Shown here: positions 18,364 through 27,157 of the stretch, piece after piece
Layout of the letters: each line of letters starts with the position of its first letter
Position numbering within the stretch: the stretch's first letter is position 1
From: Minisyncoccota bacterium
Lineage (GTDB): Bacteria; Patescibacteriota; Minisyncoccia; UBA6257; XYB1-36-10
NCBI GenBank assembly: GCA_041651415.1
Contig: JBAZJH010000002.1
Location: forward strand, 20,474-84,473
Length of the DNA: 64,000 nt
Reading direction: 5' to 3'
Position numbers and translations under genes: made by a program
The notes under the pieces: generated by a model
Databases searched by the model: none
What the model was told of the DNA's origin: nothing
What the model saw: only the letters and a program-made list of their open reading frames with translations

Positions 18364-20550
18364 TTACCATTTTTTCACCATAAGGAAAGGCGAAGAGGAT
18401 TCTTTTTTAAAAAAAGATTGATAAATGTCTTCCGTGACAAAAGGCATAAAAGGATGAAGCATTTTGAGGCACTCCAAAAGAATTGTTTCAATAAGGAAGA
18501 AGGCGGAGTTTTTTAAAGCAGCGTCATCCCCTTTTAAGCGAGGTTTCATTTCTTCAATAATAATGTCGGCAAAAGTATGCCAGAAATAAGCGTAAGCTTT
18601 TTCACCCGCCAGATGAAATTCAAATTTTTCAAAATGAGCGGTAATTTCTTTTTTAAAAGAGGCTAGGTGTTCTAAAGCATCTTTATCTTCTCCGGTAAGA
18701 AATTTTTCTGCTTCTTCTTGATTATAGTTTTCCGGCTTATTCATTTGGGCAAAGCGGGCAACATTCCAGATTTTAGTAGTGAAGTTGCGATAAGCTTTGA
18801 CTTTGTCTTCGGAAAGACGGGTATCGCTGCCGGCGCCGGTGCCGATAACTAAAGAAAGGCGGGTGGCGTCAGCGCCGTATTTTTCTATCATATCGAGCGG
18901 GTCGATGCCGTTTCCGAGAGATTTACTCATTTTTCTGCCTTTGGCGTCGCGGACAAGGCCGTGAAGATAAACTTTTTTGAAAGGAGCTTCACCCAAGAGA
19001 CAAGTGGACATCAAAATCATACGAGCAACCCAGAAGAAAATAATGTCGTAGCCGGTTTCAAGAACGGAAGTCGGATGAAAAGTTTTTAAGTCGGCAGTTT
19101 CTTCCGGCCAGCCGAGAGTGGAAAAAGTCCAAAGCCCCGAAGAAAACCAAGTGTCCAAAGTGTCGGGGTCTTGTTCCCAACCTTTTTCTTTAGGACTTGC
19201 TCCGATTTTTATTTCTTCATTTTTATACCAGACAGGAATTCTGTGTCCGTACCAGATTTGGCGGGAGATGCACCAGTCGCGAAGATTATCTATCCAGTGA
19301 AAATAAATTTTTTGGAAATGTTCGGGAATAATATCTATTTCGCCGGATTCAACCGCTATTTTCATCAGTTTTTTCAGAGTAGTTTTTTCTCCCGATTTTA
19401 CGCTCTTCATTTTGGAAACAGGCAGAGTAAATTCTTTATTAACGGCGACAAACCATTGCCGGAGAATTTGCGGTTCAATAACTCCGCCGCCGCGAGAGTT
19501 AACAGCAACGCGATGAATATATTTTTCATCAACTTTAACTAAAAGTTCTTTTTCTTTAAGTTTCTCAATAATCTCTAGGCGAGCTTTTTTGATGTGGAGG
19601 CCGGAAAAAATACCGGCAATCGGAAGAAGCTTTCCTTCCAAATCTATAATCTGCTCTTTATCAAGATTATGGCGTTCGGCAATGTCAAAATCAGTCGTGT
19701 CATGCCAAGGGGTGATAGTCATAACGCCGGAACCGAATTCCATATCAATCGCTTTGTCTTTAACAACGGTTGCCGTAATCGGTCCGTTTATCCATTCCAC
19801 TTCCAGTTTTTCTCCATCTTTATAATTTTTATAACGAGAATCGTCCGGATGCATAACGACATATTTATCGCCGAATTTTGTTTCGGGACGAGCCGTGGCG
19901 ATAGTGAAAGGGCCGTATTTTATATAATAGAAAGGAACGGCTTCTTCTTTCCACTCAATTTCGTCATCAGAAACGGTGGTTTGCATTTTGGGGTCCCAAT
20001 TAACAATGCGTTCGCCGCGATAAATAAGGCCGAGGTCATACATTTTTTTAAAAGCAGTCGCGACAGCTTCGGTTCTCTTTTCGTCCAAAGTGAAAGCTTC
20101 GCGCGACCAATCAACAGAAGCGCCCATTTTTTTGATTTGATTAACTATCGTGTCGTGGCTATCCCTAGCAAATTTACTGACGCGATTCAAAAATTCTTCG
20201 CGCCCCAAATCAAAACGGGTTTTCTTTTCCGATTCGTAAATCATTTTTTCCACTTTGCTTTGAGTGGCAATGGCGGCATGGTCGGTGCCGGGAAGCCAAA
20301 GAGTTTTTTTGCCGCGCATTCTGTTAAAGCGAACCATGATGTCTTCTATAACCAACATAGCGGCGTGGCCCATATGAAGAGTTCCCGTGACGTTAGGCGG
20401 AGGAAGAGAAATAGAAAAAGGTTCGGCGTCTTTTTCGGTGATTTTATCTTTCAGACATTTATCGGGAGAAAAATAGCCGGACTTTTCCCAAGCGGCGTAG
20501 ATTTCATTTTCTCTTTGGCTATCAAAACGTTTATCAAGATTGTCCGGCAT
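18364..20550 (-). CDS. valS: Valine--tRNA ligase (short CPR-type, no C-terminal coiled coil)
   Basis: PPPNVTGTLHMGHA (HIGH) and KMSKSLGN motifs; start moved to MPDNLDKRFD by alignment to ValRS N-termini, because the track ORF extends 19 codons into tsaD. Confidence 0.88.
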   Translation of the reverse strand: MPDNLDKRFDSQRENEIYAAWEKSGYFSPDKCLKDKITEKDAEPFSISLPPPNVTGTLHMGHAAMLVIEDIMVRFNRMRGKKTLWLPGTDHAAIATQSKVEKMIYESEKKTRFDLGREEFLNRVSKFARDSHDTIVNQIKKMGASVDWSREAFTLDEKRTEAVATAFKKMYDLGLIYRGERIVNWDPKMQTTVSDDEIEWKEEAVPFYYIKYGPFTIATARPETKFGDKYVVMHPDDSRYKNYKDGEKLEVEWINGPITATVVKDKAIDMEFGSGVMTITPWHDTTDFDIAERHNLDKEQIIDLEGKLLPIAGIFSGLHIKKARLEIIEKLKEKELLVKVDEKYIHRVAVNSRGGGVIEPQILRQWFVAVNKEFTLPVSKMKSVKSGEKTTLKKLMKIAVESGEIDIIPEHFQKIYFHWIDNLRDWCISRQIWYGHRIPVWYKNEEIKIGASPKEKGWEQDPDTLDTWFSSGLWTFSTLGWPEETADLKTFHPTSVLETGYDIIFFWVARMILMSTCLLGEAPFKKVYLHGLVRDAKGRKMSKSLGNGIDPLDMIEKYGADATRLSLVIGTGAGSDTRLSEDKVKAYRNFTTKIWNVARFAQMNKPENYNQEEAEKFLTGEDKDALEHLASFKKEITAHFEKFEFHLAGEKAYAYFWHTFADIIIEEMKPRLKGDDAALKNSAFFLIETILLECLKMLHPFMPFVTEDIYQSFFKKESSSPFLMVKKW

Positions 20551-20587
20551 TTGTCTTATTTTTATCCAAAAAAAGGAGGAAAGCAAA

Positions 20588-21625
20588 TTAAATCTCCATG
20601 TTTCCATTAGCCCGCAAGGGCTTCTTTTTTTTGCGCAAAAAGCTGATGTAGGCGGCGGCGGAAATCATGGCGGCGTTATCGGTGTTTAATTTCAAACCGG
20701 GGGCGAAAAAATTCAGGCCGGCTCTTTTGGTTTCTTTTTTAAAGAGAGCGCGAAGAGCGCGGCTCGAAGCAACGCCGCCCGAGAGAAGAACAGATTTAGC
20801 TTTATAAGTTTCCGCGGCGCGAAGAGTTTTTTTAATCAAAACTTCAAAAGCAGAAGATTGAAAAGAAGCGCAAACGTCTTCTTTATTATATTTTTTATGG
20901 TCACGCCCATCTTCGCCTAAATTATGCTTCGACGAGGCAAGCAGATAATAAAGCACGGCAGTTTTAAGGCCGGCAAAACTGAAATCAAAATCTTTGGAGT
21001 GGAGCATGGGAGAGGGAAAATTCAGAATGGCTTTTCCTTTTTTAGCCAGGCGTTCAATTTCCGGACCGCCCGGATAAGGAAGCTTGAGCATCCGCGCCAC
21101 TTTATCAAAAGCTTCGCCGACAGCATCGTCGCGAGTGGAACCTAATATTTTCCAAGTTTTGATATCTTTCATTAAAGAAAGAATGGTGTGGCCGCCAGAA
21201 ACGATTAAAGAGACGGCGGGAAATTTCGGCAATCCGGCCGGCGGATTTATCCAGTTGCTATAAATATGCCCTTCCAAGTGATTGACGCCAAGAAGCGGTT
21301 TGCCATAGGCCTTGGAAATTTCCTTAGCAAAAGCAATCCCCTGCCAAAGAGCCGGCTCAAGCCCCGGACCAACCGTGACCGCAATTAAATCTATGGAAGG
21401 AATGTCTTCTTCGGAAACAACTTTTTTAAAAATCAGAGGAAGATTTTTTTGATGCTCGCGCTTGGCAAGAGACGGAACGACGCCGCCGAAAGGGCGGTGA
21501 ATTTTTATCTGGGAAGCGATTGAGGATTTCAGAATTTTAAAACGGGGCGAATTTAAACTGCCCGCCGCTTCAGTCAGGGCGATAGCGGTTTCGTCGCAAG
21601 AAGTTTCAATGGCTAAAATGCGCAT
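20588..21625 (-). CDS. tsaD: tRNA N6-adenosine threonylcarbamoyltransferase TsaD (Kae1/YgjD)
   Basis: MRILAIETSCDETAIAL N-terminus and the metal-binding HLEGH motif. Confidence 0.9.
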   Translation of the reverse strand: MRILAIETSCDETAIALTEAAGSLNSPRFKILKSSIASQIKIHRPFGGVVPSLAKREHQKNLPLIFKKVVSEEDIPSIDLIAVTVGPGLEPALWQGIAFAKEISKAYGKPLLGVNHLEGHIYSNWINPPAGLPKFPAVSLIVSGGHTILSLMKDIKTWKILGSTRDDAVGEAFDKVARMLKLPYPGGPEIERLAKKGKAILNFPSPMLHSKDFDFSFAGLKTAVLYYLLASSKHNLGEDGRDHKKYNKEDVCASFQSSAFEVLIKKTLRAAETYKAKSVLLSGGVASSRALRALFKKETKRAGLNFFAPGLKLNTDNAAMISAAAYISFLRKKKKPLRANGNMEI

Positions 21626-21628
21626 AAT

Positions 21629-21868
21629 TTAATTTTTATAAGTATGGTCGTTTCTTTTTTCCAATTTTAAAAGAATTATTTCCTTATCGTTTTTCAGATA
21701 GATGATTCTCATATTTCCCTTTCTAACTCTAAAAAAATTATTCGAGCCTTTGAGTTTTTTAACATCAAGACCAGCGAGATTGCCGGATTTTATTTTAACA
21801 AGAATCGATTTAAGATTTTCTTTTTCTTTTAGAGAAAGTTTGGAGAGCTCTTTTTCTATTTTATCCAT
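21629..21868 (-). CDS. Type II toxin, RelE/ParE family
   Basis: 79 aa; FFRVRKGNMRIIY matches the YRxRVGDYRIIY core of RelE/ParE; lies immediately downstream of a Phd-like gene. Confidence 0.65.
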   Translation of the reverse strand: MDKIEKELSKLSLKEKENLKSILVKIKSGNLAGLDVKKLKGSNNFFRVRKGNMRIIYLKNDKEIILLKLEKRNDHTYKN

Positions 21869-21873
21869 AAAGA

Positions 21874-22092
21874 TTAAAGACGAGACAATATTTTTTCAAG
21901 AGAGATTCCTTTTTTACCGATTTTAGTGAAATCTATAACCGTCTCCCATTTTTCATCATCACCTGAAACAGGAGATATTTTAAAGACGGGTTTAGAGCGC
22001 CTGACGATAGTGAAAGATTCCCCTTTTTCTATTTTGGAAATATAAGAATCAATATTATTCCGCAGTTCTTTTAGACCGACGATATTTTTCAT
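21874..22092 (-). CDS. Type II antitoxin, Phd/YefM family
   Basis: MKNIVGLKELRNNIDSYISKIEKGESFTIVRRSKPVFKISP matches the Phd/YefM consensus; the track ORF starts at an upstream TTG, so the ATG at 22092 is preferred. Confidence 0.6.
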   Translation of the reverse strand: MKNIVGLKELRNNIDSYISKIEKGESFTIVRRSKPVFKISPVSGDDEKWETVIDFTKIGKKGISLEKILSRL

Positions 22093-22177
22093 AGTTTTTT
22101 TGTCTGACTTATAATAAATGAAGTTTATCTTAAGGTGAACCAAGAGTCAAGAAAAAAGAAAACCGCCAAGAGGCGGT

Positions 22178-22579
22178 TTAATGAACGGAAACTGGTTCGG
22201 AAACACAAGATGATTTTTCTAAAAAAGAGACAAGATGAGTTTCAGTTCCATTGTTTATGAGAACTTCTTCCACAAAAAAGAAGTCGTCTATAAAGGATCC
22301 GATTACCAATCCAGACATGGAAATTACAAAATCGCATTCTCCACTCTCTAAAGCAGAAACAGAGAACTGAAAAATAGTTTTTTCCTCTAAAATCAGATTA
22401 GGAAACTTCGGATAAAAATTTTGAAAATCACTTCCTTCATGAGAGACAAAATATGGTCCGAAAACTTCTAAGCCAGAAATAGAGAAAGAATCACCCATAA
22501 CCCTAGAAATGGATTCTTGGATGAGAAAAACAAGAGAGAGCTGGTTTGAATCAAGTTTGATACAAGATTTAGAAAACAT
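22178..22579 (-). CDS. Hypothetical protein (133 aa)
   Basis: ORF with no recognisable motifs. Confidence 0.4.
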   Translation of the reverse strand: MFSKSCIKLDSNQLSLVFLIQESISRVMGDSFSISGLEVFGPYFVSHEGSDFQNFYPKFPNLILEEKTIFQFSVSALESGECDFVISMSGLVIGSFIDDFFFVEEVLINNGTETHLVSFLEKSSCVSEPVSVH

Positions 22580-22638
22580 AATTAACTCTCCTTTCTTTCA
22601 AATAGCTAAGGAGAGTATGTCTAGAACCTCAGAGAAAG

Positions 22639-23328
22639 TCAATTTAAAAATTTTTGCTCAACTTCTGGGTTTTCCAGCTTCAGATTGGCGATTATTTTTT
22701 CAGCCACTTCGCGAGGTTCCAAGTATTCATCAAAATTTTCCGGACGAGCTTCGTCAAAAAGACGGGTTTTCATGCCGGGCGGATAGCAGGACAAAATTTT
22801 GATGCCGCTACCTTCATAAGTTTCCACTTCTAAGCGAAGTCCTTTTGTAAAGCCATCGGCGGCAAACTTGCTCGCGGCATAGGCGGCGGAATCCAAATGA
22901 ATTTCAAGAGCGCTCACAGAAATTATGTTTAGAATAATGCCGGAATTTTGTTTTTTCATAAAAGAAAGAGCGGCGCGAGAACCGTGCATCAAACCAAAAA
23001 CATTAACATCAAAAACAGCGCGGACTTTTTCCATATTCAAATCATTCACTCCGCCATGCGGGAGCCAGATGCCGGCGTTATTTATCCAGATATCTATTCG
23101 GCCAAGTTCAAACATAACTTTAGAAGCCAAGTTTTTTACTTCCTCTTCCTTGGAAACATCAGCGGGAATAGAAAGGTCAGAAGCGCCGGAAGGAATTTCT
23201 TCTAAGCTTTCTTCGCTTTTTCCATTAACCACGACTTTAGCGCCGTCTTTTTTAAAGAGCTTGGCAAGTTCAAGCCCAAGGCCGCTTGTGGAACCCGTGA
23301 TAACCACAACTTTGTTTTTTAAATCCAT
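22639..23328 (-). CDS. Short-chain dehydrogenase/reductase (SDR)
   Basis: TGSTSGLGLELA glycine-rich NAD(P)-binding motif and the YAASK catalytic motif. Confidence 0.85.
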   Translation of the reverse strand: MDLKNKVVVITGSTSGLGLELAKLFKKDGAKVVVNGKSEESLEEIPSGASDLSIPADVSKEEEVKNLASKVMFELGRIDIWINNAGIWLPHGGVNDLNMEKVRAVFDVNVFGLMHGSRAALSFMKKQNSGIILNIISVSALEIHLDSAAYAASKFAADGFTKGLRLEVETYEGSGIKILSCYPPGMKTRLFDEARPENFDEYLEPREVAEKIIANLKLENPEVEQKFLN

Positions 23329-23371
23329 AAGAAGATTTTAACAAAAAATAAGAAAAACATTAATATTGATA

Positions 23372-23389
23372 CTCCGACCGAAGTCGGAG
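23372..23389. repeat. CTCCGAC-loop-GTCGGAG hairpin (copy), followed by a 15-bp perfect palindrome overlapping the tRNA 3' end
   Basis: ctccgaccgaagtcggag followed by gagcacaattttaac ttt agttaaaattgtgctc (23387-23420). Confidence 0.6.
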
Positions 23390-23415
23390 CACAATTTTAA
23401 CTTTAGTTAAAATTG

Positions 23416-23487
23416 TGCTCCCAGCAGGAATTGAACCTGCATCACAGCCTTCGGAGGGCCGCGTTCTATCCGTTAAACTATGAGAGC
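23416..23487 (-). tRNA. tRNA-Arg (anticodon CCG)
   Basis: Hand-folded: acceptor GCTCTCA/TGGGAGC, anticodon stem CGGCC/GGCTG with loop CTCCGAA, T-loop TTCAATT. Confidence 0.85.
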
Positions 23488-23492
23488 GATTA

Positions 23493-24023
23493 CTACCGGC
23501 AATCTTTAATATCCGGTTCGGTTTGGAAAGTTATTTTCTTATCGGTTTTAGAGATAATGAAAAGGGAGAATGGCTGGGTAATTATTTCCGTAGTGAAACA
23601 GCCGGAGCCGGGAGAAGATTCTTTCAAGGAAACCAATATTTTGTCTTCCAAATCTTCAACTTTTTCAAGATGAAGATAAAAACCGCCAGTCGGCTTAACT
23701 TCCGAGACAACGGCCACGGCGTAGTTGACGTCAAAATTTATTTCCGGCAGAGCGACGCTCGGACGGCTGAAATTAATATTTTTCCAGAATTCAGCAAGCT
23801 CGTCGCGATTTTTCATCACTTTTGTTCCAGCTGAAACATCGCCGGAAGTAATCCCCTCCTCTAGAATTTGATAGAAAAAATTAGACGGATTTTCCGAAAC
23901 AAGATTTTTCGATGATTCTTTTTTAGAATTGAAACCAAAGAAAAAAAACAAGAAAGCAAGAAGAAGAACTAGAAAAATAAAAAAAAGTTTTTTTGTTTTT
24001 TCTGAAGAAGGATAGCTAAACAT
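23493..24023 (-). CDS. Membrane-anchored hypothetical protein
   Basis: N-terminal TM helix followed by a ~140-aa extracytoplasmic domain. Confidence 0.5.
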   Translation of the reverse strand: MFSYPSSEKTKKLFFIFLVLLLAFLFFFFGFNSKKESSKNLVSENPSNFFYQILEEGITSGDVSAGTKVMKNRDELAEFWKNINFSRPSVALPEINFDVNYAVAVVSEVKPTGGFYLHLEKVEDLEDKILVSLKESSPGSGCFTTEIITQPFSLFIISKTDKKITFQTEPDIKDCR

Positions 24024-24027
24024 ATTT

Positions 24028-24300
24028 TTATTTTTTATATTTTTTGGAAATTTTTGTTTTCATCCCAAGAATAGTGCCAGTACTTATTCCTAAAGCAAAA
24101 ATCACTATGGCTAAGGTACTTTTCTCAGGATTGAGTTCGTTTACTATATTATATAAAACAAGAAGATTAACAATCGTGAAAATGAAAGAAGTAGCAGCGG
24201 CAGGAAAAATTTTTTCTTTAGCCACAAAACGCCAATTAATTGTTACTAAAAAATCCTGGCAAATTCCAGCTATAAAATAAATGAGAAATTTAAATTCCAT
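24028..24300 (-). CDS. Small membrane protein (start trimmed to clear tRNA-Leu)
   Basis: The track ORF begins at a GTG inside tRNA-Leu; the internal ATG (MEFKFLIYF...) gives a 90-aa two-TM protein. Confidence 0.4.
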   Translation of the reverse strand: MEFKFLIYFIAGICQDFLVTINWRFVAKEKIFPAAATSFIFTIVNLLVLYNIVNELNPEKSTLAIVIFALGISTGTILGMKTKISKKYKK

Positions 24301-24330
24301 AAATGAATTATACAATAATCTAAACGTTAG

Positions 24331-24411
24331 TGCCCGGGGTGGGAGTCGAACCCACACCTCTTACGAGACACGATTTTAAGTCGTGCGTGTATACCATTCC
24401 ACCACCCGGGC
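24331..24411 (-). tRNA. tRNA-Leu (anticodon TAA)
   Basis: GCCCGGGTGGTGGAATGGTA... closely resembles canonical bacterial tRNA-Leu; anticodon loop CTTAAAA; long variable arm. Confidence 0.9.
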
Positions 24412-24451
24412 TTTATTAATTTTTTTTCTAAATTTTATTTAGAAAAAATTG

Positions 24452-24523
24452 AGGCCATGGCCGGAATTGAACCGGCGTATAAGGGTTTTGCAGACCCTTG
24501 CCTTACCACTTGGCTACATGGCC
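24452..24523 (-). tRNA. tRNA-Cys (anticodon GCA)
   Basis: Acceptor GGCCATG/CATGGCC, anticodon loop CTGCAAA, T-loop TTCAATT. Confidence 0.88.
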
Positions 24524-24597
24524 ATTTTAAAAAAATAACAGACCGCTGAATAAAAACAAGTTTTTATTCTACTTCACCACGTGGCCACAAGAAAATA

Positions 24598-24927
24598 TTA
24601 TTCGTTTAAGAGAATTTTTTCAACTTTGGCGGCTGATTCCAAACCGCGGTCGAGAGCAAAAAATAACTGGGGAAAAGGCTTGATGTTTATTTTTTTCAAA
24701 AGCTTGACGGTCAATTCTTTTTCCCGAGATTTCAATTCTTTAATAACTCCATCCGCTTTTTCCGAAGGAAAAACGCTCACGCCAACTTTGGCGGAATCAA
24801 GACTATCGCTTACTTGGACTTCGGTGATAGTGGCAAGAGCGCCCGCAAAATAAAATTCGCGGGAAATCATTTTTGAAAGTTCCCGAAAGATTAAGCTGGA
24901 GATTCTTTCTTTGCGAAAAGTCCTCAT
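24598..24927 (-). CDS. rbfA: Ribosome-binding factor A
   Basis: KERISSLIFRELSKMI resembles the RbfA N-terminus; classic position immediately downstream of infB. Confidence 0.7.
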   Translation of the reverse strand: MRTFRKERISSLIFRELSKMISREFYFAGALATITEVQVSDSLDSAKVGVSVFPSEKADGVIKELKSREKELTVKLLKKINIKPFPQLFFALDRGLESAAKVEKILLNE

Positions 24928-24929
24928 AA

Positions 24930-26396
24930 TTAAAAAACAAATTCGTCTCCTTTTTCAACAGAAAAGTCCGAAAGAAGTTCAAGAACCAAACCGCATTCTT
25001 TGCCCGCATCCACTTGATTGATATCGCGTTTGTCGCATTGAAGATTGGTGATTTTTGCCCGACCGAGAGTTTCGCCGTTTCTTTTGACTTCCACTATGAC
25101 ATTTCTTTTAAAGATTCCTTCTTCCACTCTGCCACCAACGGTTTCTTTGCTGCCGGCGCGGCTAAAAGTGGCGAGAACGGAAAGACGGCTCAAGCGATTT
25201 TTGGAAGAATTAAAAGCGGAAATTTTTTCTTCCAGAGATTTAACAAGCTCGTAAATTATTTTGGAAGAAATGATTTCAATCTGGCAGGAACGCGCCAAAT
25301 TTTCGGCGGCTTTATTGGTTTTGACATTAAAGCCGACGATAATGGAACGGGAATTCAAAGCTTCCTTAACATCGCCATCCGTGATATCGCCGACTTCTTT
25401 GTCGATTATTTTGAAGTTTAAATCTTCTTTAGCGGGAAGGGCGGAAATAACTTGGAAAAGAGCTTCGAGAGTGCCAGAAGTGTCGGCTTTTAAAATCAGA
25501 TTGATTTTTTCACCATCTTCCGAAGAAACGATTTTGTTTTTCAAATCAGCCGCGCGATTTTTGGGAGAAACAGAAATTTCAAGAAGGTCGGCGAATCCGG
25601 CCATAAATTTATCGCCCACCTTGGGAAGATTTTCAAAACCGACAATTAAAGCGGGGCTGGAAGGAAGAAGAATATCAACTTTTTCTCCTTTGAAGTTTTC
25701 AAGGATTTTTATTTTGCCGGAAGCGCTTCCGGAAACAATGTCCTGACCGACTTTCAAAACGCCGTCTTTCAAAATAACAAAAACTTCATTGCCGCGATTT
25801 TTATCAAGTTTGGATTCAATAACAAAGCCTTCGGCGTTTTTTTCCGGATTATAGGAAAAGTTTTCCATTTCGGCGACAAGCAAGACAAGGTCAAGAAGTT
25901 CGCTAATGCCCTCGCCTGTTTTAGCGGAAATCGCCTGCCAGCTGATGTTGCCGCCAAAACCTTCAAGAAAAACTTCGTTTGTAAGAAGGTCCTGCTTGGC
26001 TTTTTCGATATCGGCGTTATTTTTGTCTATTTTATTGATAGCCACCACAAAAGGAGTTTTAGATTCCTTAAGAATAGAAATTGATTCTTTAGTTTGGGGT
26101 TTAACGCCATCGTCAGCGGCCACAACAAGAATAGCAAAATCAGCCACATCGGCGCCGCGGGAACGCATTTTGGTAAAAGCTTCATGCCCGGGAGTGTCGA
26201 TAAAAGTGATTTTTTTGCCGTTATGCTCGATTTCATAAGCTCCAACGGATTGAGTGATGCCGCCGGCTTCCTTTAAAGCAACGCCGGTTTTCCTGATGTA
26301 ATCAAGAAGCGAGGTTTTACCATGGTCAACGTGGCCCATCACAACAACAACCGGAGGCCGAAGCTGCAAATTTTCTTTTTTATCTTCATTAGTCAC
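24930..26396 (-). CDS. infB: Translation initiation factor IF-2 (N-terminally short form)
   Basis: GHVDHGKT, DTPGH and NKID G-motifs; 488 aa starting essentially at the G domain. Confidence 0.9.
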   Translation of the reverse strand: MTNEDKKENLQLRPPVVVVMGHVDHGKTSLLDYIRKTGVALKEAGGITQSVGAYEIEHNGKKITFIDTPGHEAFTKMRSRGADVADFAILVVAADDGVKPQTKESISILKESKTPFVVAINKIDKNNADIEKAKQDLLTNEVFLEGFGGNISWQAISAKTGEGISELLDLVLLVAEMENFSYNPEKNAEGFVIESKLDKNRGNEVFVILKDGVLKVGQDIVSGSASGKIKILENFKGEKVDILLPSSPALIVGFENLPKVGDKFMAGFADLLEISVSPKNRAADLKNKIVSSEDGEKINLILKADTSGTLEALFQVISALPAKEDLNFKIIDKEVGDITDGDVKEALNSRSIIVGFNVKTNKAAENLARSCQIEIISSKIIYELVKSLEEKISAFNSSKNRLSRLSVLATFSRAGSKETVGGRVEEGIFKRNVIVEVKRNGETLGRAKITNLQCDKRDINQVDAGKECGLVLELLSDFSVEKGDEFVF

Positions 26397-26524
26397 GATT
26401 GTGATAATACCAGAAAAGTTTTATTTAAGCAATCATAAGACATTTTGATTTTTTAAAGAAAGGGATTAAGATAAAAACAGATTTTTTATATAACGAGACA
26501 AGTTCCGATGCTTTGGTCGGGATA

Positions 26525-26605
26525 AATCCGCCTAAGCTAAAAGCTACGGCGAGATGAATCCGCCTAAGTTAAACCTGCCTTGCGGCAGGCAGGGCTACGG
26601 CGAGA
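26525..26605 (+). promoter_or_regulatory. Tandem direct repeat (30-nt unit, second copy carrying an inserted hairpin) immediately upstream of an RBS
   Basis: aatccgcctaagctaaaa-gctacggcgaga, then aatccgcctaagttaaa-[cctgccttgcggcaggcagg]-gctacggcgaga, then aaaggagaaagg ATG. Confidence 0.5.
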
Positions 26606-26622
26606 CAAAAAGGAGAAAGGCA

Positions 26623-26922
26623 ATGGAAGAGAAAAAAGAAGTGATCGTAAGAATTGAAGTAAAAGGTTTTGAAGAAGAGGAACGAGACCCTTTTCGAACA
26701 GATTTGGCTAAAAAAATAAGAGGGTACCCCGATTTATTAACAGGAAAAAGAATTTCAATATTCTTTTCAAATGGAACCTTTATGGACTTATTAAGCGAAA
26801 AAAGATTAAGATCCGTTGAAATTTGTTCTTCAGATTCGGGCTTAACCGCTACTCATATAAAAAAAATAATAGCGGAAATTGAACCGAATCTTGAAGTCTA
26901 TGAACGCAGTGTGAGATGCTAA
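26623..26922 (+). CDS. Hypothetical protein (99 aa)
   Basis: Start chosen at the ATG with the RBS aaaggagaaagg; the track start at 26554 lies inside the repeat and has no RBS; followed by a terminator. Confidence 0.5.
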   Translation: MEEKKEVIVRIEVKGFEEEERDPFRTDLAKKIRGYPDLLTGKRISIFFSNGTFMDLLSEKRLRSVEICSSDSGLTATHIKKIIAEIEPNLEVYERSVRC

Positions 26923-26935
26923 TGAATAATTATCG

Positions 26936-26964
26936 AACTCCGGCGAAACTTGCCGGAGTTTTTT
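26936..26964 (+). terminator. Intrinsic terminator
   Basis: aactccggc / gccggagtt stem followed by tttt. Confidence 0.8.
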
Positions 26965-27047
26965 GATTTTTGATGTTTGGCGGGGTATATTGAAGAAGAT
27001 TTGGTGAGATTCGGTTAAAGGCCGATTTTCTCAAATAAAAATAACAA

Positions 27048-27137
27048 GGAGAGGTGGCTGAGCGGTTGAAAGCAGCGCCCTGCTAAGGCGTTAGGGGGGC
27101 AACTCCCTCGAGGGTTCGAATCCCTCCCTCTCCGCCA
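27048..27137 (+). tRNA. tRNA-Ser (anticodon GCT), CCA encoded
   Basis: GGAGAGGTGGCTGAGCGG..., anticodon loop CTGCTAA, long variable arm, T-arm GGGTTCGAATCCC, 3' CCA. Confidence 0.92.
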
Positions 27138-27157
27138 GGTTTTAACTGGATAATTTT

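Noticed and set aside
19594-20610. 338-aa plus-strand ORF
   Set aside because: Lies antisense within valS, with Arg/Phe-rich junk composition and no RBS; a shadow ORF
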